Source of the DNA: Phoronis australis
Taxonomy: Eukaryota; Animalia; Phoronida
Length of the DNA: 64,000 nt
Direction: 5' to 3'
NCBI GenBank assembly: GCA_002633005.1
Contig: NMRA01000385.1
Location: 65,839 to 129,838, forward strand
The translations under genes were made by a program, and so were the position numbers. Every line of letters begins with the position of its first letter. The first letter of the stretch is position 1. Positions 53,257-64,000 of this stretch are shown in pieces. Below the pieces are notes generated by a model. It worked only from the letters and a program-made list of their open reading frames with translations, was not told the origin of the DNA and made no database searches.

Positions 53257-53394
53257 GTTTGTTTTTTCAATGTGCCAAATAGCTATATTTTAACACCTAT
53301 TGTTAGCACACCTGTTTATTATAATAATTACTATCAATAAAATTGAAATTACATATGCTACCACTATGAGAGATGCCGGAGTCAATCTTGTTGC

Positions 53395-53640
53395 TTAGTT
53401 AAAGGAACTGATCTTGATCACATGGTTATTGGAAGTGATTTTGTTCACATTTTAATAGAACTGGTCTTTTTCACAGAGTTAATGTAACTGTTGTTCCCGT
53501 GGTTGATGGAACTGATCTTGTTCACATGGTTAATGGAACTGATCTTGTTCACATGGTTGATGGAACTGATCTAATTGTTCAAGTGGTTAATGTAACTGAT
53601 CTTGTTCACATGGTTTATGGAACTGATCTTGTTTACATGG
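53395..53640. repeat. 27-bp minisatellite (ttcacatggttaatggaactgatcttg)
   Basis: About 9 tandem units. Confidence 0.85.
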
Positions 53641-53642
53641 TG

Positions 53643-53963
53643 TGCCGCTTATGTGTAGGCTACGGTGCGTTCAAAATTTCTATAAATCTGTAACAGCGAA
53701 ATAAAACAACTCATTTGTATTTTTAAGGGTTTTACATCGAATTTTGATGATTTATTGGTGTAAAACAATGAATTTAAGTGATAAGCTGACACCAGTAAGC
53801 ATCTTTGGAACTCCTAAGAAGACTGTGTTAGAACCTGTATTGGTTACTTTCAACACCTCTGTTTTGTCTGGTGACGGGTAAAAGAACTGAACTTGCTGTT
53901 ATCGAATGGAACTAGTTGATCTATTGTTACAAAATACGTTGTTTTTTGGGGTGACATTCTCCT
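53643..53963 (-). mobile_element. Kolobok-like element, truncated copy 3
   Basis: Ends ggggtgacattctcct; matches the terminal ~330 bp of copy 2. Confidence 0.7.
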
Positions 53964-54066
53964 TTATTGCCTATGAAGAGAAAACATCTGTGGGTGTTTT
54001 AAAGCTGTCTAAGCTTCAGGATCAATGTAAAAAATCATGACAAATGTGTTCCCTGTTTCTTTCTAG

Positions 54067-54173
54067 GTATGAGATAGCATTGGGCACTGCTCAATCATCG
54101 ACCTCCATTCTACAGTTCAAGTCTATTGGCTTGGTAACATCTTACACTATTACGGGACTTAACCTAGCAGCAG
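54067..54173 (+). CDS. exon (YEIALGT...TITGLNL)
   Basis: ttctag|, |gtacga. Confidence 0.85.
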
Positions 54174-54969
54174 GTACGAATTCAAATTTCATTGTCATTT
54201 TGTTAAGACAAGTCTTGTGGTCTTTGGATACCAGTGCTACTGTTTTGTATATATTTCGAATCCAGTTACAAATAACTTAACACTGCAAGTGGACTCGTAT
54301 AAAGGAGGTGTCACTGACACCTGTAGGACATTTAGTTGTGGATTTCTTACAAATAGGCTGCTGGGACATCTGATCTGTTGGCTTATAAAAAATAGAATAT
54401 TTTTCACAAAAGCATCCCATCTACCATTTTATGATTCATTCATATAAAATTAATTTGCTAAATCCCAATTACTTTCGATCATTATGAGCAGTCAGAGCCT
54501 AACCAGAAGTCATGCTCTTGAAGTGTAAATTTTTGTCATGGTAAAAAGAATTGATGATTTGTCCTCTGATTTGGAGCCAGATGATAGGATTAAGGCAGAT
54601 CTAATGTCTGGCAAGCCCTCTCATGATTAAGAATTCTTTAAGATGACAGATTAGTTGTCTGAACTGCCATCAAGTCAATTGACATACATATCTTTCTATT
54701 GCAACACTGACTCGAGTGTGTTTTTACTAACAAGTTCACTTATACATTTCACAGGTTTATGTTATAACTGTCTGTTTATTTGACTTTCAGTGTGAAATAC
54801 TTTTGTCCACATAAAGCCCCTTGTGATTGCTCGCTACATGAGGCTTCATTTCGACTGACCTCTTGACATATGATGGAAAATGCAGGACAGAGTGCATGTC
54901 ATGTGGCAGTTGGCGCCTTTTTACGTAAAACATTAATTGAATTTTCACCCACTATTAATTCTGTTTCAG

Positions 54970-55206
54970 GAACGTCAATAAGAGCCACTGTGAGGGCTGT
55001 CAATAAGGCAGGTCTGTTCAGTTCAGCTGTCTCCCAGTTCGTCCTGATAACCCCTGACCTCAAGGTTACAGTTCATGACCTGAAGCCCAATAGCACAGCA
55101 GCTGATGTGGATTTCCAAGAAGAAGAAACTCAACTCCAAGGACGCTACGAGATTGCTAATGGCGCCATCGTCACCGCAGTTGAATGGGCCATCTACAGGG
55201 CAGATG
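54970..55206 (+). CDS. exon (ATVRAVNKAGL...WAIYRAD)
   Basis: tttcag|, |gtgagt. Confidence 0.85.
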
Positions 55207-56451
55207 GTGAGTTAGGATGTGGCAACATTTATCTGGTCACTTTTTCAGAGCCTGATAACCTGGGTAGTAACAGAAGTTTGCAAAAATACCAAGATGACAT
55301 CAGACATCAGACCTTGTTTCAAAACCACGCTGGCAAAAGATGGTTGTTTCATGAGTGTGCGTAAAACCTAAAGCATAATCTATCTAGATGCCAGTTCAGC
55401 TAAAGTAGTTAGATTTTAAGATCAGAATTCATAAATTATGGGATAGTACTGTTTCTGTTCTATTAGGTTTCCTTGCCTCAAATGCATGCCCTTTGTCTTG
55501 TCTCTGCCCAAAGTAGTCCTGGTTTAGCCCTAAAGAGTTAGCCCGAGTTTGTTCAGGGTTTCTTAAGACTCTAAAAAACTATTGTAATATTTTAATTCAT
55601 TTCATTATGTGTGTTGTACATTGATAGGAAGTGTATGTATTTTTTTATAAATAGATCATGATATTTTATTTTTAGGAAACTCAAAACCTTGTTTTGCAAT
55701 TTGAGACCCCAAGTTTCACTGGTCACATATTTGACATTTCAACCGACTTGTAAAAATTCTTATAGTTCAATATATTTTCAGTTTTAACATGAAATTCAAT
55801 TGCTGACATATGTGTGTCTTTACCTCATCCCTTTCCAAAGTTATGAAGGTTTTGATCCTTATAATTGTATTTTTAACTTTTACTGTTTCTATGAAAACAT
55901 GATCAAAAATGTTTGTGGTATCAAGCGTTTTATGATACACTGCTTCAAAAGCTATCTCCGCCAATAGTTGCAACCCTTAAAGCCTATCTTAAAGGGCAAC
56001 ACCAGTAAATTTGGTTCCTACAGTATGTTAAGAGCATCACTTTGAGCCCACTAGTGCCATAAATTGTCAAATGTGACAAACTGTTGGGCGTATTGGCTTG
56101 CTTTTTCCTACGTCACCATCAGAATCACCTTCTAATTCAAACAGTTGCAAATAACAGTCGCATGTAATGGTATCCTATTCAGGCGCCTATTCAATACAAC
56201 TGTTATTGGTCTTTTGTTGCTTTGCCTGGGATCTTGTGACGAAATATCATTTGATCATGGGCCTGTTTTTGCATGACTGACTTCGCATTTTCTTTTTATC
56301 AAAACTTTGCTAAGACTACCTGGTTAGCCCAATACATCTAAAATAACAAAATTCTGTTGAAGTTAGGATTGAAAGGTGAACCAAACTTATTTTTTCTTTC
56401 TTAATTATCGTGATTGAAAGTAGCATTTTAACTCTCCACTGTTTTTAATAG

Positions 56452-57699
56452 ACTACATCATTCAGAACTTCACGTCCATTCCAACTGACAGCACTTTCTT
56501 CATGAATGACCAGCTTGTCTTGGAGAACCTCAAGATGTACTTCAGTGTGATACGCGTCACTGACATTCTTGGACGGACTGTGGTGGCAGCCTCTGATGGC
56601 GTGACTATGAACAAGTTCCCTCCCCAACCTGGAGAAGTTCGTGATGGGCCTTACAAAGATAGAGATCTCAACTTCTACGAGCCTTACACGTACTTGGAGT
56701 GCAACTGGGACGAGTTTGGGGAGCCTGGATCTATGGATCCCTCTAAGGTCATCTCTCACTATATAGTTGGCTTGGGCAATGACCGTTCAACAGAGGTCAC
56801 CAGAACCAATATCCACTGGTATGTTGATGTCGGCACAAACCTTAGTTATACTTTTATAGATCTGAATCTGACCAAAATTGATGTCGTTTACTATTGCGCC
56901 GTCCGTGCCTTTGCCATGAGTGGTTCATTCTCTGATGGTTACTCCAACGGTATCGCTGTCGGTTATGAGTACGACATTGGCCCAGGTGGCGTTAAGGTAG
57001 ATAAGTACTGGTCACGTAATGTGACGCTTCCTGTAGCATGGAAACAGTTTGGTGAAACCTTTGCCAACATAAACTACCAAGTTGCCTTAGCAACCAAGGA
57101 TGTAGCTGCACGAGTGACATCTATGACAGGATGCAGAAACTACGCTGACATGTCACATAACATCATCAATGACATGTCATTTGATGTACTTAACTGGACA
57201 GATGTGAAAACAGACACCATGGTCACTCTGACAAACCTGTCACTACAACACAATACATATTACTACCCCATTGTGAAAGCCATCAACGAGGCGGACCACT
57301 GCTACACAGAAGTTGGAGAGCCTGTACTGATTGACCTGACAAAACCAGTCATGGGCACAGTGGACATCGGGAATGTCTACAATGATGCTGTTTTCTTCTC
57401 GACTAAAGAAAAGCTACAAGTCAAGTGGAAGGACTGGGTTGATGCTGAATCTGGTATTGACTTTTACAATGTCTACTTAACTCGTGACAGGTGCTCAAAT
57501 AAAGCTCTTATTGGTACCAACTTGGTGCCTCTGTTTGAACCTACAGAGGCTGCCGCCAACGACACGAGCTTGGTGTTCATGCCTGTTGACCTGCAACTCA
57601 ACAGTGTTCACTATGTGCTGATGACGGCAACTAACAAAGCAAGAACGAAATCCCAATTCTTGGCAAGTTACCCAGGGTTCCTGGACGACATCCCTCCAG
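56452..57699 (+). CDS. large exon (1248 nt), several FN3/Ig-like repeats
   Basis: taatag|, |gtaagg; ORF 56502..57722 with PPQPGEVRDG, IDLTKP, WKDWVDAESGI. Confidence 0.92.
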
Positions 57700-58068
57700 G
57701 TAAGGGAGTTGTTTCTTTGTGACTGGCTAGAATTCTTAAACGGTCACAATATTTGGTGATGAATCTGGTTTGGAAAGCAGGTTTTCTTTTAGTGATAATT
57801 GTATTTAAGGTTTTGGTATCGGCAGTGGGTTTATTGATAGGGCCCTTAATGTTAAGTAAAGCGACCATGGAATTTGAAAATTGCACAGTTGGTTTACTTT
57901 CATTAATTTTGCAGTTTTCTGTTAATTTCTATTCTGGCAATGTGATTGTCAATATGAAGAACAATATGCATGCAAGTGAATACCGTCTGGGGAAATACTA
58001 ACGACGCCACTTTCATTTTGATTATAATAGTTGGATATAAATAAAATTGCTGTACATATTATTTTCAG

Positions 58069-58175
58069 TTGTTGGTAGTATTGTGGATGGAGACAATTGG
58101 TACAAGGACATTACCTACACCTCGTCAATTAATGAGCTAGTGGTTACCATGGCAATTGCTAATTACAAAGAACAG
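58069..58175 (+). CDS. exon (VGSIVDGDNWYKD...)
   Basis: tttcag|, |gtcagt. Confidence 0.85.
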
Positions 58176-59205
58176 GTCAGTTAAGCTAACAGTGGTTGTA
58201 TTTCAAGGAACGTCATATATTTTCATGAAGTGTTAAAGTGTTCTTGACTGCCACATACATTTGCGTTTTTCCTAGAACTTTCACTTGCAGTACAAAATGC
58301 CAACAATGTGAATGATCGTAAGAGTTACTTTGCTGGCGTTTTGCAAGAGGTTTGAGTCACCCCAAAATTATCAGTGTTATTGCTAGCACTTTTGTAGCTA
58401 GACTGCTTACTTCAAAGGACTCATATGGGCAGGAGTAAGAGGCCTATTCATCACATCAATCAATTTATGGCATAGAGTGAACATGTTTTGACGTCAATTA
58501 ACTCGCTTTAATAAGCTAAAGGATCAAATCAGGGTGTTCCACTTCAAAACATAAGCACAAATAGTATTTTTCAAAGATGACTTTGCACAGGGTTTCAACA
58601 CTGAAAGTAAGTGAATAACTGGAGACGTGATAGGAAATAAGCGTTGTAAGTATTGACCTAATGAAACAAAGATCAACCTTACAAATATCTGAAAGAAATC
58701 TTAGTTTTGAAATTCACGTTTTAGTTTTCATGGAAGCTCTGAAGACAACAGAGGGACATATCACATAAAGTACTGATATTGCTTTGTGCTATTTTTAGTA
58801 GAAACACTTCTGAACAGTGACGGTAATGCACTAAAAATTGACGAGGGAACACTCTTTTGCCAGAAATTCCCCTCAATGTTACGACATTATAGATCACATG
58901 AGCAATCTTGTGGTTAATCTAGCTTCGGAAGTAATTCATAATCTCCTTCCAAACCTATTGTACATTGGTGTGCCATCAAGAGTTTGTTTTCTCTCTGCTT
59001 TGTATGGTATGGTTGGTGCCAGTGTTGTCTTTTGTTTATATTTTCTCCATCTTCCCTGGATAGAGCAGCAGGGAGATGGTGCAAAATATGTGTTTAAAAA
59101 CTCCACTGGCCAAGTAGATATCAATCCATGGTGTTCTCAGTTATGTTTGTCAGGAGAAATAAATTATCCTTTTCTTTGCACCCTGACCTGGTGTTGTCGC
59201 TGCAG

Positions 59206-59407
59206 CTCAATTGTCCTGACACAAGAGACCTAAACATCTCATCCTGGACACCTCTCACTGGATATGAAAAGTACTTGGTGGATGGTGATCCCAGAACTCT
59301 AACCTCCTTGTATGTTGCTGATAACGCTGTTCCTGCAGCTGGAAAGCCAGGGTCAAAGGTTCTCACTTGCCAGCAACACGCGAAGAAGGACTACATGAAG
59401 TGTGCTG
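59206..59407 (+). CDS. exon (LNCPDTRD...YMKCA)
   Basis: ctgcag|, |gtatga. Confidence 0.8.
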
Positions 59408-60257
59408 GTATGAATCTACCTAGTCATGATTCACAAACTTTGAATATTCGGTTATTCCCCATGTTCTGCTCAACGCCCATACCTGGAATTTTTAATTTTC
59501 CTTTGCAAACACTGTTTCTCGACTGTGTAACACAATTAAGTACGACTAGGTTTTCCTTAAAAGCACATGGGAGTGTCAGTTGGTGAACGACTGTCTCATG
59601 AGAATTTTAGCGCCCCAAAATGTACCCAACTTGTTTAGATTTGGGTAAAAGATTTCATTAGTTGGAATGGTATTGGAATCTAAGTCTCATTAAGAGTGAT
59701 TATTTGCAAGTCATTTGCGGAAATTGCAATATATGATAATAGCATCACTTCATTTCTACCTTAATTTATTTTTATTGATAAAGAATGCAATTCAGGGCCT
59801 TGCTACTGTAGGAAAATTAGTGCTAGGAAATAGTTGACACCTTTGAATTGCTGTTTGCCGTTCATTCCCCGGGGGGCGGGCCACAAAGTTGCGTTATTGC
59901 AATTATAGGGACTTGCTTTTATGGGTTCAGACCAATGCTGGTGTTCTTACAGCTGTGATGAAGAACAACTGTCATATGTCAGCACTGTCAGTGGTATACA
60001 CATTAAGAAAATAATTTAATGTTAAACATTGTTCAGTTCAGGATACCCTTGGCCACAAGTTCTTCAGTTAATATATTTCAACAGAGTTATTACGTAGAAA
60101 GTTCTCCTCTTTATTGTAGTATTAATCTTTGTAATGCACATGTCAGCAAATAAACTTTGCCAGGGTAGCAGTGCAATAAGTCTTTGAAAAATATAAAATT
60201 TAATGCCAATTTTAGCAGTAATCTATTTGATGTGTTTACGACACATGTTAATTTCAG

Positions 60258-60481
60258 GCATCTATGGAGAGGCAGAAACAATCATGGAAGGCAAATATAG
60301 CATCACCATGCAGATTGCTGCTGGTGACAAGGTGATGACAACTTTTGCCATGACGGAGGTTGTTCTCGATGAGCCTGATGTGGGCGTGGCACCAAGAGTC
60401 GAAGATGAGAAAAGTGCAGCTGAAATTCTTGCTCAGGGTGCCCCATATAAGCCACCCACAAGACCACCAACTCTGGCCACA
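60258..60481 (+). CDS. exon (IYGEAETIMEGKYSITMQIAAG...PPTLAT)
   Basis: tttcag|, |gtaaga. Confidence 0.8.
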
Positions 60482-60817
60482 GTAAGAGTCACTTGTCTCT
60501 CAACTTTTCTTTCTCATGGTGTTATGTGTCAGCAGGCCTGGATGCCGTAGATGTAAGAGACTCGCGATAACTCAAGACTACGCATCACGTGGCGAGATAT
60601 CACGGCCATGTATTAGAAGCAGAGCATGTGATCACGCAGCTTAACTTTTCTTGTGGTCATCCTGCATCTACAGAACGTAGCCCAGTTTAATTGTCATGTA
60701 AAGTTATGTATTGGTAGGACTAATGTAAGTTCACATAATAGTTTTCAGTTCATCATTGAAGTTGCAATTAGAAATTTTTATCATCCTTTGTTTGCAATGA
60801 CTATGTTTTGAAATACA

Positions 60818-62481
60818 TAGTGGCCAGTTGCATGAAACAGCCGCATTTAGGGACCCAACTATATTCCCTAAACATTCGGTAGTTGTTGTGCAAACACAGA
60901 CTGCTGCTCTTCTTGTTATTATTCTGCGCGTGTAAGCGCAGAGTACTGTTGTTCCTGGGTTTTCTTCAATTTTATTCTTATTCTTCTTATTCTTCTTATT
61001 CTTCTTCTGACCAACTTTGAGGCTTAATAACTCCAAATTGGGTGCAGGTACGGTCTTTATATTCAGGATATGACTTTTGACAGTATATAAATTTTGATTG
61101 GTTATATAATCATATTCCATATTGCACCAGAAGAGGTCGTTTGGTGCAAAGTTCATATAATTTTCAAAATGCTACTCCTCCAGTTTTAAAGCTATCTTTT
61201 TCAAATTCGGTGCACAGGTATAAGTCAACATGACAATTTAAAAAATTACTTTTCTAAGTAATCGGGTCATCCAATCAGGTGAAATAGGTCAAAGGTCATT
61301 AGGTGCAAACTAAAATTTTGAGCGAGACACTTCAAATTGACAGGCTGATAGCCACAGGTAAATCAAATCGGAATCCAAAGTTTCATGGGGTCATTAGGTG
61401 CATTTTTCTTCTGAAAATTTGACCTTTTCAATCAGCAAGTATTCTGATGTGTCAACTGTTAGACAACTGTGATTCTCAGCATTAAACACATTTTCCATGG
61501 GCTTTGCAATAATTCTCCTAAAGATGCTTAAAATGCACCGGATAAGGTCAATTAGTGCAAAGGTCATGTAACGTTCAACATGTTATATCTCTTCCGTTTT
61601 TCAAGGAATTCTTTTCAATTTCAGCACACTGGTGTAAATCAACATGCCAATTAAATACCCTACTTTACTTTGCAATAGGCCTAACCAATCAGAAAAAATA
61701 GGTCAAAGGTCATTGAGTGCAAACTAAAATTTTGAGCTAGAGACTTGTGGATTACGTATCTGTTTACTTAGTGCGATTGAGTTTGAATTAGAAATTTTCA
61801 GGTCATTTGGTGCACCCGTGGGGTCATTAGGTGCATTTTTCTTCTGAAAGTTTGACCACTTCATTTATCTTGTATTCTGAAGTGCTTAAAGTAAAACATC
61901 TGTGATTATCAGCATTAACCACACTTTTGATCGAGTTAACAATTACTCCCTCATCGGGGCTCATAATGCACCGGAAGAGGTCAATTAGTGGAAAGGTCAT
62001 CAAAAAATTAATATGTAGTTTCGCCTACAATTGTAAAGAATTCCTTTTCATATTGGTAAATGGGTTGCTGTCAGTAACTTCCCATAATAATTCCAGTAAT
62101 ACGCATGCGCAGAGTCCGTTATTGTCACGCCGTGACAATAATCTTTCTAGTTTTTTCTCTATTCTTGTGTCATGCTTTAGTTTTAGCTTTGATATATAGT
62201 GAGGTCAATCTCTATGTTAAAATCTCAATATTATTGAAAATACACAGTGTACTTTTCATGCAACATCCTTAAGAACTCGGTCCTTATTTATTTTCATTAA
62301 AATAAGTCACCGGTTTTCATATGTACATTGTATTATTGGAAAATGTAATAATAATAAGAGGAGCTCATAATAAAGACAAGTTGTTACATTTACTAAATAA
62401 ACAAAGTCTCCAAATGTCCCGAAGGATTAAGAAACATAATTGAGACCCTAATGGGACTGTACTTCATGCAACCGGGCACTG
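60818..62481. mobile_element. MITE (family of 9792-10228) split by a Helitron-like insertion
   Basis: tagtggccagttgcatgaa...ttcatgcaaccgggcactg; the two halves match 9792-10228. Confidence 0.6.
60912..62150 (+). mobile_element. Non-autonomous Helitron/Helentron-like element
   Basis: 5' ctgcgc/gcgcag palindrome, (ttc/tta) microsatellite, ~410-430-bp internal tandem repeats, 11-bp hairpin at 62119-62141, CTAG end in a T-run. Confidence 0.75.
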
Positions 62482-62558
62482 ATACCCTTTAGTCAGTCTG
62501 CTATCTCTGACTGCTATCCAGAAGTAAAGGGCACTAATAACTGTTGTTGTCATCTTAG

Positions 62559-62844
62559 GTCAAGCCATGCAAAGGCAATTGCAGCAATTCAACTGAGGCT
62601 CAGGTGACCACCACCACAACAACGGAAGCGCCCACCGCAACAACAGAAGCGCCCACCACAACTACAACTACCATGGCACCAACGACAACTACAGTTGTCA
62701 CGACAACATCAGTTTTTAGGAACGGTTCAGGCAATGCCACTAATGTTGCTGTAACGACAACCTCAGCACCGGTCATCACCACCACCAAAGACCCACGAGA
62801 AGTTATTATCAACTACAAGAGTGGATTTGGTCTTACTTTCTTTG
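62559..62844 (+). CDS. exon, Thr-rich mucin-like segment
   Basis: tcttag|, |gtaagg; TTTTTTEAPTATTEAPTTTTTT. Confidence 0.85.
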
Positions 62845-64000
62845 GTAAGGAAATTGTTTCTAGTGAGGACCCCCATGGAAAGCAGTGAGAACTGATGGAG
62901 TTATTACCCTCTTAAATATTAAAGAATAAATAAGTGTTAATCTATAATGGCAATTGCTTTCTGAGTGTAATGGTGTTCTTATATAGACCATTATTGAAAT
63001 GATCTCATTAATATTCATTCTTAATTTGAACGTGAGGCTAAGGATCGTAACCTACTGACTTCTTCCACTTTGTTTACAGGTGTTCTGCCATTTGTACCTG
63101 ATTTAAGTTTTCGTGTCATTGAATATTTCTTCAAGAATTTGGTCTTGAGCAGTTTTGGGAGAGCAGTTGAACAAAATATTCAAATATAGTACATGGCGCA
63201 ATAAATAAGTTCAGTATCATCATAGGCATCCGTAGTCTGCAAGTTTATTTGAGACCTTAAAACTGTTAATGGAAGCCAGTTTCCCACCAGAAGACAGTCA
63301 ATAAGTGTTCACCAGAATTGATAGATGTTGGGTATCATTGGCATCATAATGTTGGGCTATATTGGTAATAAATGCTAGTTTTCTGTAAAACAGCAGTCTC
63401 AAATTGAGGCAAGGTGTGAGGAGCATTAAGTGAAATTAATAAACGTTAGGCTTCTTCTGTACAAGCAGCTTTACTATAAAAGCAACAAAAAATGTTTATT
63501 GAATGGCATACTACTAAGTCCTTTGATTCAATAAAAAACAGACTATACAAGCACTAACTATAAAGCAGATATTAATCAAACAATTTTCATGACTTGATTT
63601 AGGGTCAGTGGCCGTAAGAGTCAAAGTGGGCTTCCTCAGGCTTATAAGGACTCCCATATGATTGTGAATGATAATTTTAGGAATATTTTTTTCTTTCGAT
63701 GTGAGAAGAAATAAAAGGCACGGTCAATGCGTATTCTGGTGTTGCTGTTGTCTCGCAGGACACAATATTTGTCACATTTAGTGCTGAAAACCTTGTTTGA
63801 TTACACATGCGTAGTGATCACATTTGTCTGCTGACCATCTTTTATCATCATTTTCCATTTGTCTGAAATATTACACAGAATAACTTTTGAGACTAGTCTG
63901 TATGGTTTGGATTGTCCATTCACTGTGTTTTGCTCAGTTAGTCCAAATGCCGCAAGGTGTAGTAACCATAAGGCTTTCACGTTTGAATGTATAGGAAAAA

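Larger units (their letters stand above)
1977..62844 (+). other. Giant multi-exon gene (>=45 exons, partial at both ends) encoding an uncharacterised mosaic protein: M23/LECT2-like, SAP-like, PAN/Apple, many FN3/Ig-like repeats, mucin-like
   Basis: Exons with polypyrimidine-AG acceptors and GT donors join phase-compatibly into one stop-free frame from 6758 to 62844; recurring DxTPP, GxVxDG and WxxFxDxESGI motifs. Confidence 0.9.

Noticed and set aside
53499-53693. ORF with MVDGTDLVH repeats
   Set aside because: Translation of a 27-bp intronic minisatellite; no splice support
56502-57722. Stand-alone bacterial-type gene or contaminant
   Set aside because: Bounded by canonical splice sites in phase with the neighbouring exons
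60731-61156. 141-aa minus-strand ORF with a KKNKKNK tract
   Set aside because: Reads across a MITE/Helitron junction and a microsatellite
63080-63190. Possible next or terminal exon (ttacag|gtgttctg...)
   Set aside because: Short frame ending in TAG with no motif support or clear donor

Overview
AT-rich eukaryotic genomic DNA, probably from a bilaterian invertebrate; this is not a prokaryotic locus. Almost the whole window is the interior of one giant + strand gene. I traced 45 GT-AG exons by hand (1977-62844, about 9.16 kb of CDS, about 3,050 aa), and neither the start nor the stop codon is in view. Splice phases agree at every junction except 3035->6758, which spans an 'n' (probable assembly gap) at 3971. 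The predicted protein is an unnamed extracellular mosaic: amphipathic helical region, degenerate M23/LECT2-like fold, SAP-like motif, Cys-rich modules, Gly-rich amphipathic beta region, dibasic site, PAN/Apple domain, a long array of FN3/Ig-like repeats with D-x-T-P-P / G-x-V-x-D-G linkers, and a Thr-rich mucin-like segment. The introns hold decayed Hero and Penelope retroelements, Helentron/HINE-like elements (one family carries arrays of CTCF-consensus motifs), Kolobok-like TTAA elements, foldback elements, MITEs (some nested) and minisatellites. Two splice sites are tandemly duplicated. Domain and transposon names come from motif recognition, not database searches.
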